A stretch of 64,000 nucleotides of DNA. Origin: an uncultured Spirochaetota bacterium (GTDB lineage Bacteria; Spirochaetota; Spirochaetia; SZUA-6; Fen-1364). A program made the translations under genes and the position numbers. This document shows positions 38,165-48,182 of this stretch, in pieces; position 1 is the first letter of the stretch, and each line of letters opens with the position of its first letter. Below the pieces are notes generated by a model. It saw only the letters and a list, made by a program, of their open reading frames with translations. It ran no database searches and had not been told where the DNA came from. The stretch lies in assembly GCA_963820525.1 (NCBI GenBank), contig CAWGAA010000001.1, positions 2,528,001 through 2,592,000 of the forward strand, in the 5' to 3' direction.

Positions 38165-39418
38165 TCAGTATTCTTCTATCAATTTTTGCTTTGCCTTTGC
38201 TTTTTCCAGGTAATCCGCCGCCTGCTCGTAGTCGACGTCGATCTGAACGATGGACTGGAACAGCTCGATCGCGTCCTTGAAGTCCTCGTTCCTATAGCTG
38301 TCGACGGCCTTGGCATAGATGTCCTTGAGGCTCGCCGCGATTGTCTGGCGCCGGCTGTCCAGCTGATCGAGCTTCGACTGATCAGAGGTGGTTTTGGCGA
38401 CGGCATTGATCCTGGCGTTGGCGCTCACCAGCTCTCCCGCGGAGATGAGGGAGTCGATGTCGCCGAGCGAGGCGTCGAAGGATGCTTCCTGCTCCGCCTG
38501 ACCGGCGATATCCGAGATCTTTTTCTTGAGGGCGAGCGCCTCGTCCGTCTTGGTGATCGAAAGGGCCGCGCTCACCTTTGCGTCCGCTTTCAGGTAGTCT
38601 TTCCGGGCGAAAAAGCTCCTGGCCCATTGGTAATTCAAGGAGTAACGGGTGCTCCGCACCTTGGAGTCGAAGCCGCCGCCCAGCTTCTTGTTGAGATCCG
38701 AAAGGACGGCAATCTCCGCGTTCGCCTCGTCGAACTTTCCCCCCGCGATCAGCTTGTTGGCATTGTCAACGTGCCGGGAGAAGATCTTTGCCAGCTCCTC
38801 CCGAAGCGAGCGCATCTGCTCCGTTGCCGCGGAGTTCTGCGGGTCGATTGCCACGGCCTTGCTCAGGTTCTGATAGGCATCGATGGAGTTCGCTTCCCGG
38901 GCTGGAGGCGGGGTGTCCCGCGTGATCTTTCCCAGGGAAGCCTTGGCACGCGAGATATAACTGTTCAGCAAGTTCGTTCGAAGCGGTGTTATGTCCCGCT
39001 GGAGCTTCACCACGGCCGCGTTGGTCGGATCCAGGCGCGCTGCGGCCTGAACGTCCATGCAAATGGCGTAATCCTCCGCCTCGCGCCGCTTCGGCTTCGC
39101 AAGGTAGCCGGAGGCCTCCTTGAGCTTCGCTTGCAGCCTCGTGGCCTTGAAGCTGTCGACGAGCTTCCGGTACTGGATGGCGAGCAGGTTGTCGGGGTCG
39201 TAGCGCAGAGCCATGGAGAAGTATTCCCGCACATCGGAAACCTTTCCATAATCTTCCCTGCGGACAAGCTGAAGCTGGTACTGCTCGATCCCCTGGTCTA
39301 CGAGGACCTTCGCCTTGTCCTGACCGTCGAGCTTTCGAAGGAGAAACTCATCCGGCGCCGAAACGCAGCCAAGAATAACGGAAGAAAATGCAACAAAGAG
39401 AAATAGACACCTTTTCAT
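38165..39418 (-). CDS. TPR-like helical lipoprotein
   Basis: MKRCLFLFVAFSSVILG-C lipobox; repeated TPR-like helices (AARLDPTN, AVAIDPQN); 10 bp upstream of the cyclase gene. Confidence 0.8.
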   Translation of the reverse strand: MKRCLFLFVAFSSVILGCVSAPDEFLLRKLDGQDKAKVLVDQGIEQYQLQLVRREDYGKVSDVREYFSMALRYDPDNLLAIQYRKLVDSFKATRLQAKLKEASGYLAKPKRREAEDYAICMDVQAAARLDPTNAAVVKLQRDITPLRTNLLNSYISRAKASLGKITRDTPPPAREANSIDAYQNLSKAVAIDPQNSAATEQMRSLREELAKIFSRHVDNANKLIAGGKFDEANAEIAVLSDLNKKLGGGFDSKVRSTRYSLNYQWARSFFARKDYLKADAKVSAALSITKTDEALALKKKISDIAGQAEQEASFDASLGDIDSLISAGELVSANARINAVAKTTSDQSKLDQLDSRRQTIAASLKDIYAKAVDSYRNEDFKDAIELFQSIVQIDVDYEQAADYLEKAKAKQKLIEEY

Positions 39419-39749
39419 ATATCCCTGCCGAAGAGAATCACTCGTTTACCCTAAATATACGAGGGTTAATTGGCGGGAGACAAACCGATGCCCCTCTCGG
39501 CATGCCTCCCCTTGTGACCCAATATAGCACGCATTCCCCGATTTGACAGTTTTTTTCAGCGGAAACGATATTCTTTAAAAAACGCGTGGATTCACCACCT
39601 GCACTGTGCCGCGCTCCGCATTTGTGCCGACATCCGCTTTCACCCACGAAAGAGTCACGGCGGTTCTCTTGGAAAGGCCGGAGCGGCCCTGACAACTCTC
39701 CCCTTGAGGGATTCGGCTTGCATGAATACTCTCTCAGATACGGAAAGGT

Positions 39750-41744
39750 TTGGGTAGCACAGTGAAAAGGGTTCGTCTCCCGGTCGTTCTGGCAATCGGG
39801 ATCATTTCACTTCTCGCGGCAGGCCTCATGCAGCTTTTCAACGGAATCTTCTTTCTCCGCGACCTGCAGGCGATCGTTCCCGATCTGCCGCGCTTCGCCC
39901 TGGTCGTGCTGGGCATCACGGGCGCCGCCTGCGTTCTCATCTTCTTTCGCATGAGCACCCTCGCGCGGACCCTGTCGGCGATCTCGCGCGGAGATGCTGT
40001 TCCGCTGGACAGGCGGTTGGGCGCCCGCAGGGTGCTCACCGAAATTCCCCGCCTGATCGTCACGGTGAATATCGTGGGGTTCGTCGCCGGGCCGATCATC
40101 AGCATCGGCCTGACGGCGCTTTTGGCGGGAAAGCCCATCGTCCTCGTCGACACGCTCCTCTACGTAGCCCTCAACGTCTCCATCGGGCTTATGGCGGCGC
40201 TCCAGGAGATCACCCTCATTGATTACCAGATGGTGAGGCCTCGAGAGGCGCTCGGGATCGTCGAGTTCAGCGATTCTCACGGGGAGATCGATCTTCGCAT
40301 CCGGCTCCTGCTGGTGGCCCTGGGATCGACGCTGCTCACGGGAATCCTCATCGCGATGGCGGGGCTGGGCTTCTACCATGAGCTCCTGCGCTGGTTCGCT
40401 TCCCGGTCGGCGGACACGGGCTCATTGGTGACTCTTCTGGCAGGCTCATCGGTCCAGACCAACAACTGGAGATTCCTCGGCCAGATGGGAATCCTCATCC
40501 TCGTGGTGGCATCCTGGGCGCTCCTTCTCATGGCCACGCTGGCCTACGGACTTCTTGCCCAGATCGAATCCCTCAAGAAAAGGATGCAGAGCATCGCTTC
40601 CGGCGACGCGGACCTGTCGCAGCGCGTCGCCATCGTGCAGTTCGACGAGATCGGCAGGCTCACCGATGCCATCAATTCAGTCATCTCCCGTCTCCAGGGC
40701 CTCGTTGTGAATGTGCGCGACGCAGCCCGGGGTATCTCCTCCTCCAGCATCTCTTTAGTGGGATCCACGGAAGACGCCCGGCGATCCGTCGAGGAGATCA
40801 GCCGGTCCCTGGAGCGGGTGCACGCAGCCGTTGAGAATCAGAACGGAACAGTGGATTCCTCGAAGGGCTCCATCTCCCGGCTCTCCGCCTCGATCGCGAA
40901 CATCTCCGAGCAGGTAACGACCCAGGCGAGCTACGTGGAGGAGAGCTCCGCCGCCATTACCGAGATCGCGGCGAACATCGCCTCGGTATCGAAGCTCGCC
41001 GAACAGGCCAACGGAATCACCCGCTCCCTCAACGAGGTGGCCGCGAAGGGAGACTCCGACGTGCGGGAGATGGAAAAATCGATGGAGGAGATAACCCGCG
41101 CCTCCTCGGCGGTAAGCGATACGGTCAGCGTGATCTCGCGCATCGCCTCCCAGACCAACCTCCTGGCGATGAACGCGGCGATCGAAGCGGCCCATGCGGG
41201 GGAGGCGGGCCGGGGATTCGCCGTGGTGGCGGACGAGGTTCGCGGCCTGGCGGAGACGAGCGCGCAGAGCGCCAAACAGGTCATGACCGTGATCCGGCAG
41301 ATGCGGACAAAGATCCAGACCGGAACCGTGCTCTCGGAGCAGGTCAAGGATGCCTTCCGAAATATAACGAAGGGCATCGGGTCAGCCGCGGGCCTCATCG
41401 AGACGATCACTCACTCGATGAGCGAGCAGAAGGCGGGCGCCGAGGAGGTCCTCAAGTCGGTCGGCTCCCTGATCGAAGCGACGGAAAAGATCAAGGCCAG
41501 CGCCGGGGAGCAGACAGAGAGCTCGCGGGACATGGAGGCGGGCATGTCGCGAATCGTCGAGGCGGCGCGTCAGATCGACGGGGCGCTGCGCGAGCAGGTG
41601 AAGGGGGTTGAGTCACTGGCCCAGCTCGTCATGCAGGCGGACGCGGACGCCAACGAGAACAGGCGGAGGATGGAAGAGCTGGAGGGGGCCGTCGGCGGAT
41701 TCTCCCTGGCCAAAGGGGAATCCTCGGGGAGGCTCAGAGCCTGA
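39750..41744 (+). CDS. Methyl-accepting chemotaxis protein (multi-TM, HAMP, MA)
   Basis: [34 protein letters not shown] hairpin tip; HAMP 'DEIGRL'. Confidence 0.95.
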   Translation: MGSTVKRVRLPVVLAIGIISLLAAGLMQLFNGIFFLRDLQAIVPDLPRFALVVLGITGAACVLIFFRMSTLARTLSAISRGDAVPLDRRLGARRVLTEIPRLIVTVNIVGFVAGPIISIGLTALLAGKPIVLVDTLLYVALNVSIGLMAALQEITLIDYQMVRPREALGIVEFSDSHGEIDLRIRLLLVALGSTLLTGILIAMAGLGFYHELLRWFASRSADTGSLVTLLAGSSVQTNNWRFLGQMGILILVVASWALLLMATLAYGLLAQIESLKKRMQSIASGDADLSQRVAIVQFDEIGRLTDAINSVISRLQGLVVNVRDAARGISSSSISLVGSTEDARRSVEEISRSLERVHAAVENQNGTVDSSKGSISRLSASIANISEQVTTQASYVEESSAAITEIAANIASVSKLAEQANGITRSLNEVAAKGDSDVREMEKSMEEITRASSAVSDTVSVISRIASQTNLLAMNAAIEAAHAGEAGRGFAVVADEVRGLAETSAQSAKQVMTVIRQMRTKIQTGTVLSEQVKDAFRNITKGIGSAAGLIETITHSMSEQKAGAEEVLKSVGSLIEATEKIKASAGEQTESSRDMEAGMSRIVEAARQIDGALREQVKGVESLAQLVMQADADANENRRRMEELEGAVGGFSLAKGESSGRLRA

Positions 41745-42624
41745 GCGCCGCGTGCTCACGCGCGGAGAGGACCGTGTTGTAGAGCAGCATCGTGACTGTC
41801 ATGGCGCCTACTCCGCCGGGCACGGGCGTGATGGCCGCGCACTTGGCCGCCACCTCGTCGAACTTCACGTCCCCCGCGAGGCGGTATCCCTTGGATCGCG
41901 TGGAGTCTTCGACGCGGTTGATCCCCACGTCGATCACCGTGGCTCCCTCCTTGACCATGCCGGCGGTGATGAACTCGGGCCTTCCCATCGCGGCGATCAG
42001 GATGTCGGCCTCACGGGTGATGGAGGCGAGGTCCCGGGTGCGGGAATGACAGAGAGTGACGGTGGCGTCGGCATCGCTTCCCTTCTGGGCGAGCATCGCC
42101 GCGATGGGCTTTCCCACGAGATTGCTCCTGCCCACAACGACAACGCGGCTCCCCTCGATGGGAATCCCCGAATATACGAGGAGCTTCTGGATGCCCAGCG
42201 GAGTGCAGGGCCTGAAGCCTCGCTCCCCGCTCAAAAGCCTCCCGAGGTTCAGGGGATGAAGCCCGTCAACATCCTTGTCCGGCCTAAGCGAAGCGATGAC
42301 TCGCTTTTCGTCGAGTCCCGCGGGCAGAGGAAGCTGGACAAGGATGCCGTGGATGGCGGGGTCGGCATTGAGAGTCTCCACCAGGGCGAGCAGCTCTTGG
42401 AGGGATGTCTCGTGCGGAAGGTTGTGCTGCTGGGAATGTATTCCGATCGCGCGCGCCGCCTTGTTCTTGCCGCGAACATAAGACATTGAAGCCGGGTTTT
42501 CCCCCACCAGCACTACGGCGAGGCCGGGAGTCACACCGGCTTCCTTCTTGAGGGACTCTATGTCGGCTGCGAGCTCGGCCAGTATCCGGGCTGAGATCGC
42601 AGTGCCGTCGATGATCTTCGCCAT
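41734..42624 (-). CDS. folD: Bifunctional methylene-THF dehydrogenase/cyclohydrolase
   Basis: [34 protein letters not shown]. Confidence 0.97.
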   Translation of the reverse strand: MAKIIDGTAISARILAELAADIESLKKEAGVTPGLAVVLVGENPASMSYVRGKNKAARAIGIHSQQHNLPHETSLQELLALVETLNADPAIHGILVQLPLPAGLDEKRVIASLRPDKDVDGLHPLNLGRLLSGERGFRPCTPLGIQKLLVYSGIPIEGSRVVVVGRSNLVGKPIAAMLAQKGSDADATVTLCHSRTRDLASITREADILIAAMGRPEFITAGMVKEGATVIDVGINRVEDSTRSKGYRLAGDVKFDEVAAKCAAITPVPGGVGAMTVTMLLYNTVLSAREHAALRL

Positions 42625-42643
42625 CCCCGCCCCCTTTCCTTGA

Positions 42644-43441
42644 TCAATCCTCGAGCTTTCCCGAGCGTTCGGCGGTGATGTAGCCCATGCAGAAAGGATC
42701 CTTTCCCGCCAGCATCTCCGCAGCGAATATCGCCGCCATCAGGCTCCTGTCCAGCGGATCCACGATCGCCGCATCCATTCCTCTGGCCACCGCCATAGTC
42801 ACGAACACCCGATTGACCAGCTTGCGCCGGGGAAGGCCGTAGGAGACGTTGGAAAGTCCGCAGACCCTGTGCACCTGAGGGTGGCTTGCCGCGAGCCTCT
42901 CCACGACCGAAAGGGCCCCGGCCGCGGAGTCCGTGTTCGTGCTGACCGGGCGGATGAGCGGATCAGAGAATATGTGGTCGGGAGGCACTCCATCGTCCTC
43001 GAGGCGCTTGATGAGGGCGTCTGCCACGGCATAGACCTTGTCCATGTCGTCGGTCATGCCGCTGTCGTCGAGGCTGAGGGCAATCACGCGCGCGTCGTGG
43101 GCGCGAACCAGAGGGAGGATGGCCGTATAACGGTCCCTCTCCGCGGAAATCGAGTTCACGAAGGGATCTTTACCGGCAAGGGCGAGGCCCGCCTCCACGG
43201 CCTCGAGACGCGGAGAGTCGATGGACAGGGGAGCGTCCGTGGCCCTTCGCACGGCCGCGATCATCCATGCAAGGGCTTGCGGCTCTCCCGAGGCGAAAGC
43301 GCCGGCGTTTACGTCGATCCACTGGGCGCCGGCTTCCGCCTGCTTTCGGGCAAGGCCCTCGATGACGGAAGAATCCCTCTCTTCGACGGCCTTCCTCACC
43401 CGCGCGCGCGTGGAGTTGATGAGCTCTCCAATGATGAGCAT
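42644..43441 (-). CDS. Pterin-binding methyltetrahydrofolate:corrinoid methyltransferase (AcsE / MetH folate-domain-like)
   Basis: MLIIGELINSTR, IDVNAG, LSIDS, VNSIS, GLSNVSYGLP, DAAIVDP. Confidence 0.88.
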   Translation of the reverse strand: MLIIGELINSTRARVRKAVEERDSSVIEGLARKQAEAGAQWIDVNAGAFASGEPQALAWMIAAVRRATDAPLSIDSPRLEAVEAGLALAGKDPFVNSISAERDRYTAILPLVRAHDARVIALSLDDSGMTDDMDKVYAVADALIKRLEDDGVPPDHIFSDPLIRPVSTNTDSAAGALSVVERLAASHPQVHRVCGLSNVSYGLPRRKLVNRVFVTMAVARGMDAAIVDPLDRSLMAAIFAAEMLAGKDPFCMGYITAERSGKLED

Positions 43442-43516
43442 GGCATTCCTCACTCGGGAGCGGCTGTGGGCTCGGCGGCTCGAAAACCCGTCTGCTGCGG
43501 CCCACGGGGACTTCCC

Positions 43517-43546
43517 ACTATACGGAGGAAGGAGAGCCAAGGTCAA
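43517..43546 (-). promoter_or_regulatory. sigma70-like promoter of the methyltransferase-folD operon
   Basis: TTGACC-18-TATAGT. Confidence 0.65.
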
Positions 43547-43604
43547 TAATGGAGCCGTCGTCGCCGCCTGATGCCGGTTTGCTTATCTTAAGGGAGAGGA
43601 ATTC

Positions 43605-44672
43605 ATGTTCGAAAAATTCGACCCGCGGGAAGGAAAGCGGATTTCCCTGCTCGACCCTTCTGGAGTTCTTTTGGCCGATACTCAGGGTTTGCCCCTGTTG
43701 AGCGACGAACTTGCCCTGGCCGCCTACCGTTCGATGGTCCTCGCGAGGGAGGCGGACCAGTGGGCCGTGAGCCTGAACCGCCAGGGAAGGATGCCCACCT
43801 ACGTCGTGAACAAGGGCCAGGAAGCGAGCTCGGCCGGTGCTCTCATGGCAATCAGCGGCGACGACTGGTTCGTCCCGGCGTATCGGGAGCTCGCGGGGAT
43901 GATTGTCCGAGGAGTCCCCTTGAGGCAGATCTTCCTCTACTGGTACGGCAATGAAGAGGGAAGCCGCCTGCCCAGAGACGAGCTTCACATGCTGCCCCTT
44001 GCCGTGCCCGTGGGCAGCCAGATCGTCCACGCGGTCGGGATCGCGTACGCCGAGCGCTTCCTTGGTTCAGGGAGAATCGTTCTCACATTCATGGGCGAGG
44101 GTGCGACCTCCGAGGGCGACTTCCATGAGGCATGCAATCTGGCCGGGGTCTGGAAATCGGGAGTCATCTTTTTCGCTCAGAACAACCAATGGGCAATCAG
44201 CCTCCCGCGCGAGAAACAGACCGCCTCCCGGACCCTGGCCGAAAAGGCCTTCGCGTACGGCTTCGAAGGGGTCGTGGTTGACGGAAACGACATCTTCGCG
44301 GTCTACGCGGCTGTCAGCCTTGCAGCGGCAAAGGCGCGCGAGGGCGGGGGACCGACGCTCATTGAGGGCTTCACCTACCGGCTCGGCGCTCACACGACGG
44401 CCGATGACCCCTCCCGCTATCGGCGGGACGAGGAGGTGAGCAGATGGATTCCCCTGGACCCCATCCCTCGGCTGGAGCGGTATCTCCTTTCAAAGGGGCA
44501 TCTTTCGGAATCCCAAATCGACTCGATCCGCGAAGAATCGCTCGCCTCGGCGCGCCGTGAGTTCGAGGAAGCCGAAAAGACGGCGGACCCGGCCCTGGAG
44601 GAAGTCTTCCGCTACCTCTACGAGCGGATGCCGGAGAGCCTCTCCGCTCAAATGGAGAGGAGGAGGCGATGA
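43605..44672 (+). CDS. pdhA: 2-oxoacid (pyruvate/branched-chain) dehydrogenase E1 alpha
   Basis: GQEA, ThDP motif GEGATSEGDFHE...NNQWAIS, YRLGAHTTADDP. Confidence 0.88.
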   Translation: MFEKFDPREGKRISLLDPSGVLLADTQGLPLLSDELALAAYRSMVLAREADQWAVSLNRQGRMPTYVVNKGQEASSAGALMAISGDDWFVPAYRELAGMIVRGVPLRQIFLYWYGNEEGSRLPRDELHMLPLAVPVGSQIVHAVGIAYAERFLGSGRIVLTFMGEGATSEGDFHEACNLAGVWKSGVIFFAQNNQWAISLPREKQTASRTLAEKAFAYGFEGVVVDGNDIFAVYAAVSLAAAKAREGGGPTLIEGFTYRLGAHTTADDPSRYRRDEEVSRWIPLDPIPRLERYLLSKGHLSESQIDSIREESLASARREFEEAEKTADPALEEVFRYLYERMPESLSAQMERRRR

Positions 44673-45652
44673 GGGCCCTGACGATCCTCGATGCCGTGAC
44701 CGAGGCGATCTCCACCGAGATGGAGAGAGACTCTTCCGTGGTTGTGTTCGGAGAGGACGTGGGCCTGGAGGGCGGGGTCTTCCGCGCCACCGCCGGGATC
44801 CAGGAAAGGTTCGGCGAGGCGCGCTGTTTCGACACGCCGCTGTCCGAATCGGGAATCGTGGGGGCCGCCATCGGAATGGCCGTAGCGGGCCTCCGCCCCG
44901 TCGTGGAGATCCAGTTCGCGGGATTCGCCTACTCCGCCTTCAATCAGATCGTCAACCACGCGGCGCGGATGCGTAACCGGAGCCGGGGAGCGCTCTCCGT
45001 ACCGCTCGTGGTCCGCATGCCCTACGGAGGGGGGATCCGGGCCCCGGAGCACCACTCCGAGAGCATGGAGGCGATATTCGCGCACGTTCCCGGCCTCAAG
45101 GTCGTGATCCCTTCGACCCCCCACGATACGAAAGGCCTCCTCGCCGCGGCGATTCGCGATCCCGACCCCGTCATCTTCATGGAGCCGGCGCGGATCTACA
45201 GGTCGGTCAGGCAGCACGTCCCGGAGGAGCCCTACACGGTGGAGATCGGCAGGGCGAAGATCGAAAGGCCCGGCGCAGACCTCACGATCGTATCGTACGG
45301 CGCGCAGATGAAAGAGGTGCGGGAAGCGGCGGCCGCGCTCTCGGAGGATGGGATCTCGGCCGAGGTGATAGACCTCAGGACCATCTATCCCGTGGATGCT
45401 CCCCTCGTCGTGGAATCGGTGAAAAAGACGGGCCGCCTGCTCGTGGTCCATGAAGGGCCCCAGAGCTTCGGCGTGGGAGGCGAGCTCCTGGCGACAATCG
45501 CGGAAGAGGCCTTCGAATACCTGGAAGCCCCTCCGGCCCGCCTGTCGGGCGCCGACTGCGTTTTCCCCCTGCCCAGAAGCGAACGACACTACCTCATCGG
45601 CGCGCCGCTGATCCTGGCGGAGTCCAGGCGGGTGATGTCGTACCAACCATAG
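44669..45652 (+). CDS. pdhB: 2-oxoacid dehydrogenase E1 beta
   Basis: FGEDV..GGVF, DTPLSE, EIQF, HHSES. Confidence 0.88.
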   Translation: MRALTILDAVTEAISTEMERDSSVVVFGEDVGLEGGVFRATAGIQERFGEARCFDTPLSESGIVGAAIGMAVAGLRPVVEIQFAGFAYSAFNQIVNHAARMRNRSRGALSVPLVVRMPYGGGIRAPEHHSESMEAIFAHVPGLKVVIPSTPHDTKGLLAAAIRDPDPVIFMEPARIYRSVRQHVPEEPYTVEIGRAKIERPGADLTIVSYGAQMKEVREAAAALSEDGISAEVIDLRTIYPVDAPLVVESVKKTGRLLVVHEGPQSFGVGGELLATIAEEAFEYLEAPPARLSGADCVFPLPRSERHYLIGAPLILAESRRVMSYQP

Positions 45653-45668
45653 GCCCCGGAGGTCACCC

Positions 45669-46865
45669 ATGCGCTTTTCCTTCGCCTTCCCCGACATCGG
45701 AGAGGGCCTCACCGAGGGAAAGATCATCCAGCTCAAGGTCAAGCCCGGTGACATCGTGCGCCAGGGAGACGCTCTGGCCATCGTGGAAACGGACAAGGTC
45801 GTGACGGAGATCCCTTCACCACGGGACGGAGTGGTCGTGGAGCTTGCCATGAGCGAAGGCGGGACCGTGCGGGTGGGCGAGATGATTGCCGTTATCGAGA
45901 CCGCTCAGGATGGGAGCGCCTCCGTGGTGGGAAAACTTGAGAATACCGGGGACATGCTTGCTCCAAGCGAAGAAAGCGGAGACCTGCCGCCGGCTGCCGA
46001 ACGCCCTGCTTCCCGGGCCAAGCCGCTCGCATCTCCCGTTGCCCGGAAGCTCGCGGCAGAGCGCGGCATAGAGCTGGATGGCTTTCCCGGTTCGGGCCCG
46101 GGAGGCAGGATATTGAAAAAGGACATCGAGCAGGCGGCCGCCAAAATGCGCCGGCCGGCCGGCCCCGAGCCTTCATTGCAGGCGGCAGGAAGCCAGGAGC
46201 TTTCCACGATCAGGAAGGCCATCGCTTCCAACATGGAGAGAAGCCAGGGAATTCCCGCTGCCGTGGTCCACGATTTCATCGAAGTGGACGGACTTGTTGC
46301 GCTGAGGAAGGAGCTTGCCGCTCAGGCGGGGAGAAAGATCGGCTTCCTTCCGTTCTTCGTCAAGGCCGCGGCAATCGCCCTCGAGGAGCATCCGCTTCTC
46401 AACTCGAGCTTTACGCCCGAATCCATGACATACCAGCGCAATGACGCTGCCCATATCGGGGTGGCTGTGGACACGGAGGAGGGGCTCGTCGTACCTGTGA
46501 TCCGTGACGCGGCCCGCCTTCCCATCATAAGGCTTCAGGAGGAGATCGACGGCCTTGCGGAGAAGGCGCGAGGGCGCCGCATCTCGGTAGGCGAGCTCCG
46601 GGGAGGGACGTTCACCGTGAGCAACTTCGGGGTGTTCGCAGGAACATACGGCAAGCCGATGATCCTTCCCCCCCAGGTGGGCATCCTGGGGACGGGACGG
46701 ATCCACCAGGCCGCCGTGGTTCGGGACGGCGCGATCCAAGCGGCGCATATCCTGCCGCTGTCTCTCGTCTTCGATCACCGCCTGATAGACGGGATGTACG
46801 CCTGCCGCTTCCTTGCCCGCTTCATGGACCTTGTCGCGAAGCCGCTCATGATCCTGTCCGGCTGA
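45669..46865 (+). CDS. pdhC: Dihydrolipoamide acyltransferase E2
   Basis: Lipoyl ETDKV, PSBD 'ASPVARKLA...GSGPGGRI', catalytic DHRLIDG. Confidence 0.88.
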   Translation: MRFSFAFPDIGEGLTEGKIIQLKVKPGDIVRQGDALAIVETDKVVTEIPSPRDGVVVELAMSEGGTVRVGEMIAVIETAQDGSASVVGKLENTGDMLAPSEESGDLPPAAERPASRAKPLASPVARKLAAERGIELDGFPGSGPGGRILKKDIEQAAAKMRRPAGPEPSLQAAGSQELSTIRKAIASNMERSQGIPAAVVHDFIEVDGLVALRKELAAQAGRKIGFLPFFVKAAAIALEEHPLLNSSFTPESMTYQRNDAAHIGVAVDTEEGLVVPVIRDAARLPIIRLQEEIDGLAEKARGRRISVGELRGGTFTVSNFGVFAGTYGKPMILPPQVGILGTGRIHQAAVVRDGAIQAAHILPLSLVFDHRLIDGMYACRFLARFMDLVAKPLMILSG

Positions 46866-48123
46866 ACAGCGGCGATACCTTCTCCGCGTCGAAGGAGTAG
46901 AGGACCTCCTGGAAGCCGGACCGAAACTCCTTCACCTCGTCCCCCATGTATTTCTTTTCGATGAGGATCTTCTTGAAGAAGGTGGCGATCCTTTCCATCT
47001 CCGGCTCCTTCATGCCGACCCGGGTCATCTCCTGCACGCCGAGGCGCACCCCGGCCGGATTGGTCACCTTGTCCAGCGGCTCGAAGGGAAGGAGGTTCAT
47101 GTTGGTGATGATCCTGTTGTCCTTCAGGGTCCGTGCGGCGGCGTCACCGCCGCTGAACTCCGACATGTCGATCGCCACCTGATGGCTCTCCGTGAAGCCG
47201 AACTTCTCCGCCTGGACCTTGAAGCCTTCCTCGAAGAGCCGGGCGGCCAGGCACTTGGCGTTGGCCACGACCTGCCGCGCGTACTCCGCGCCGAACTCCA
47301 TCATCTCGTAGGTGGCAATGGAAAGGGCAACGAGAGTCTCCAGGTGATGGTTGGACGAGGAGCCGGGGAAGGCGCCCTTGTCGATCCGCCGCCATTCCTC
47401 GTCGTCCACGTTGCTCATGATCAGGCCGCGCTGGGACCCGAAGAAGGTCTTGTGGGTGCTCGCCGTCATGAGGGGCGCCCCCTCGGCGAGGGGATCCTGG
47501 AACTGGTGGCCCGCAATGAGCCCCAGCACATGGGCCGCGTCATAGATGAGGGCGATCCCCTTCCTGCGGCACAGCGAGGAGAGCTCCTTCACCGGCTCCG
47601 GGAAGAGGAACAGGCTCTTGCCCATGATGAGGACCTTGGGCTCCAGAGACTTCATCAGCTCCACGGTACGATCCACGTCGATATGGTAGCCGTCCGCGGT
47701 GAGAGGAAAGTTCACGATGTTCTTCGTGTACTTGCCGACGGAGCCCGCGCGGTGATGGCTGATGTGACCGCCCGCCGGGGTGGAGTTCACCATGACGACG
47801 TCTCCCGGCCGGATGTAGCGGCTGAACACCGCATCGTTGGCGATGGTGCCGCTGATGGGGCGCACGTCGGCGTGCCTGCAGCGGAAGATCGTCTTCACCT
47901 GCTGCTTGAGGAGGCCCTCGATCTCGTCGATGATCTCGGTCCCCTGATAGTAGCGTTCTCCCGGATGGCCCTCGGCGTAGCGGTGGGCGAAGTCGGAGCC
48001 CATGATGCCCCGCGTGCGCAGGCTCGTCACGTTCTCGCTGGCGATGAGGTTGATGCACCTGCTGCGCCAATCGTTTTGCTGCTTCACCAGCTCCTCGATG
48101 TGCGCGATATTCATTTCGTACAT
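46846..48123 (-). CDS. glyA: Serine hydroxymethyltransferase, archaeal-type sequence
   Basis: LIASEN, YAEG..G.RYY, STHKT (PLP Lys); archaeal-style ADVRPISGT, SLFLFP, QFQDPL, SNHHL. Confidence 0.92.
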   Translation of the reverse strand: MYEMNIAHIEELVKQQNDWRSRCINLIASENVTSLRTRGIMGSDFAHRYAEGHPGERYYQGTEIIDEIEGLLKQQVKTIFRCRHADVRPISGTIANDAVFSRYIRPGDVVMVNSTPAGGHISHHRAGSVGKYTKNIVNFPLTADGYHIDVDRTVELMKSLEPKVLIMGKSLFLFPEPVKELSSLCRRKGIALIYDAAHVLGLIAGHQFQDPLAEGAPLMTASTHKTFFGSQRGLIMSNVDDEEWRRIDKGAFPGSSSNHHLETLVALSIATYEMMEFGAEYARQVVANAKCLAARLFEEGFKVQAEKFGFTESHQVAIDMSEFSGGDAAARTLKDNRIITNMNLLPFEPLDKVTNPAGVRLGVQEMTRVGMKEPEMERIATFFKKILIEKKYMGDEVKEFRSGFQEVLYSFDAEKVSPLFSRTGS

Positions 48124-48182
48124 CCCGCTTCTCTCCAATCCCTTGAGCGTTGTTTACAGCGCGCGCGAGGCGGGCCACCTCG

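Noticed and set aside
35602..38280. 892-aa plus-strand ORF, and similar long ORFs at 14654-16087, 38144-39406 and 55923-57482
   Set aside because: Antisense to genes with clear motifs; stop-poor shadow frames are expected at high GC; no motifs of their own
39438..39503. 21-codon uORF (MPRGASV...) upstream of the lipoprotein-cyclase operon
   Set aside because: The GGGGAGG element is only 1 nt from the ATG, and no alternative helices were found
39512..39530. TGTGA half-site as a CRP box
   Set aside because: No TCACA-like second half at the 6-nt spacing
39600..39720. Minus-strand GCCGAATCCCTCAAGGG...GAACC...GGGTGAA resembling the 5' part of a c-di-AMP (ydaO) riboswitch
   Set aside because: The conserved 3' half (CCCGUCAGCUAAC-like) is absent and the pairing does not fit; an Rfam cmscan would settle it
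43442..43516. Structured leader (GTGGGC/GCCCAC stem) before the methyltransferase-folD operon as a ZTP, THF or SAM riboswitch
   Set aside because: No recognisable consensus (no GACUGGCG / CGCCUGGGC); a single GC-rich hairpin is weak evidence
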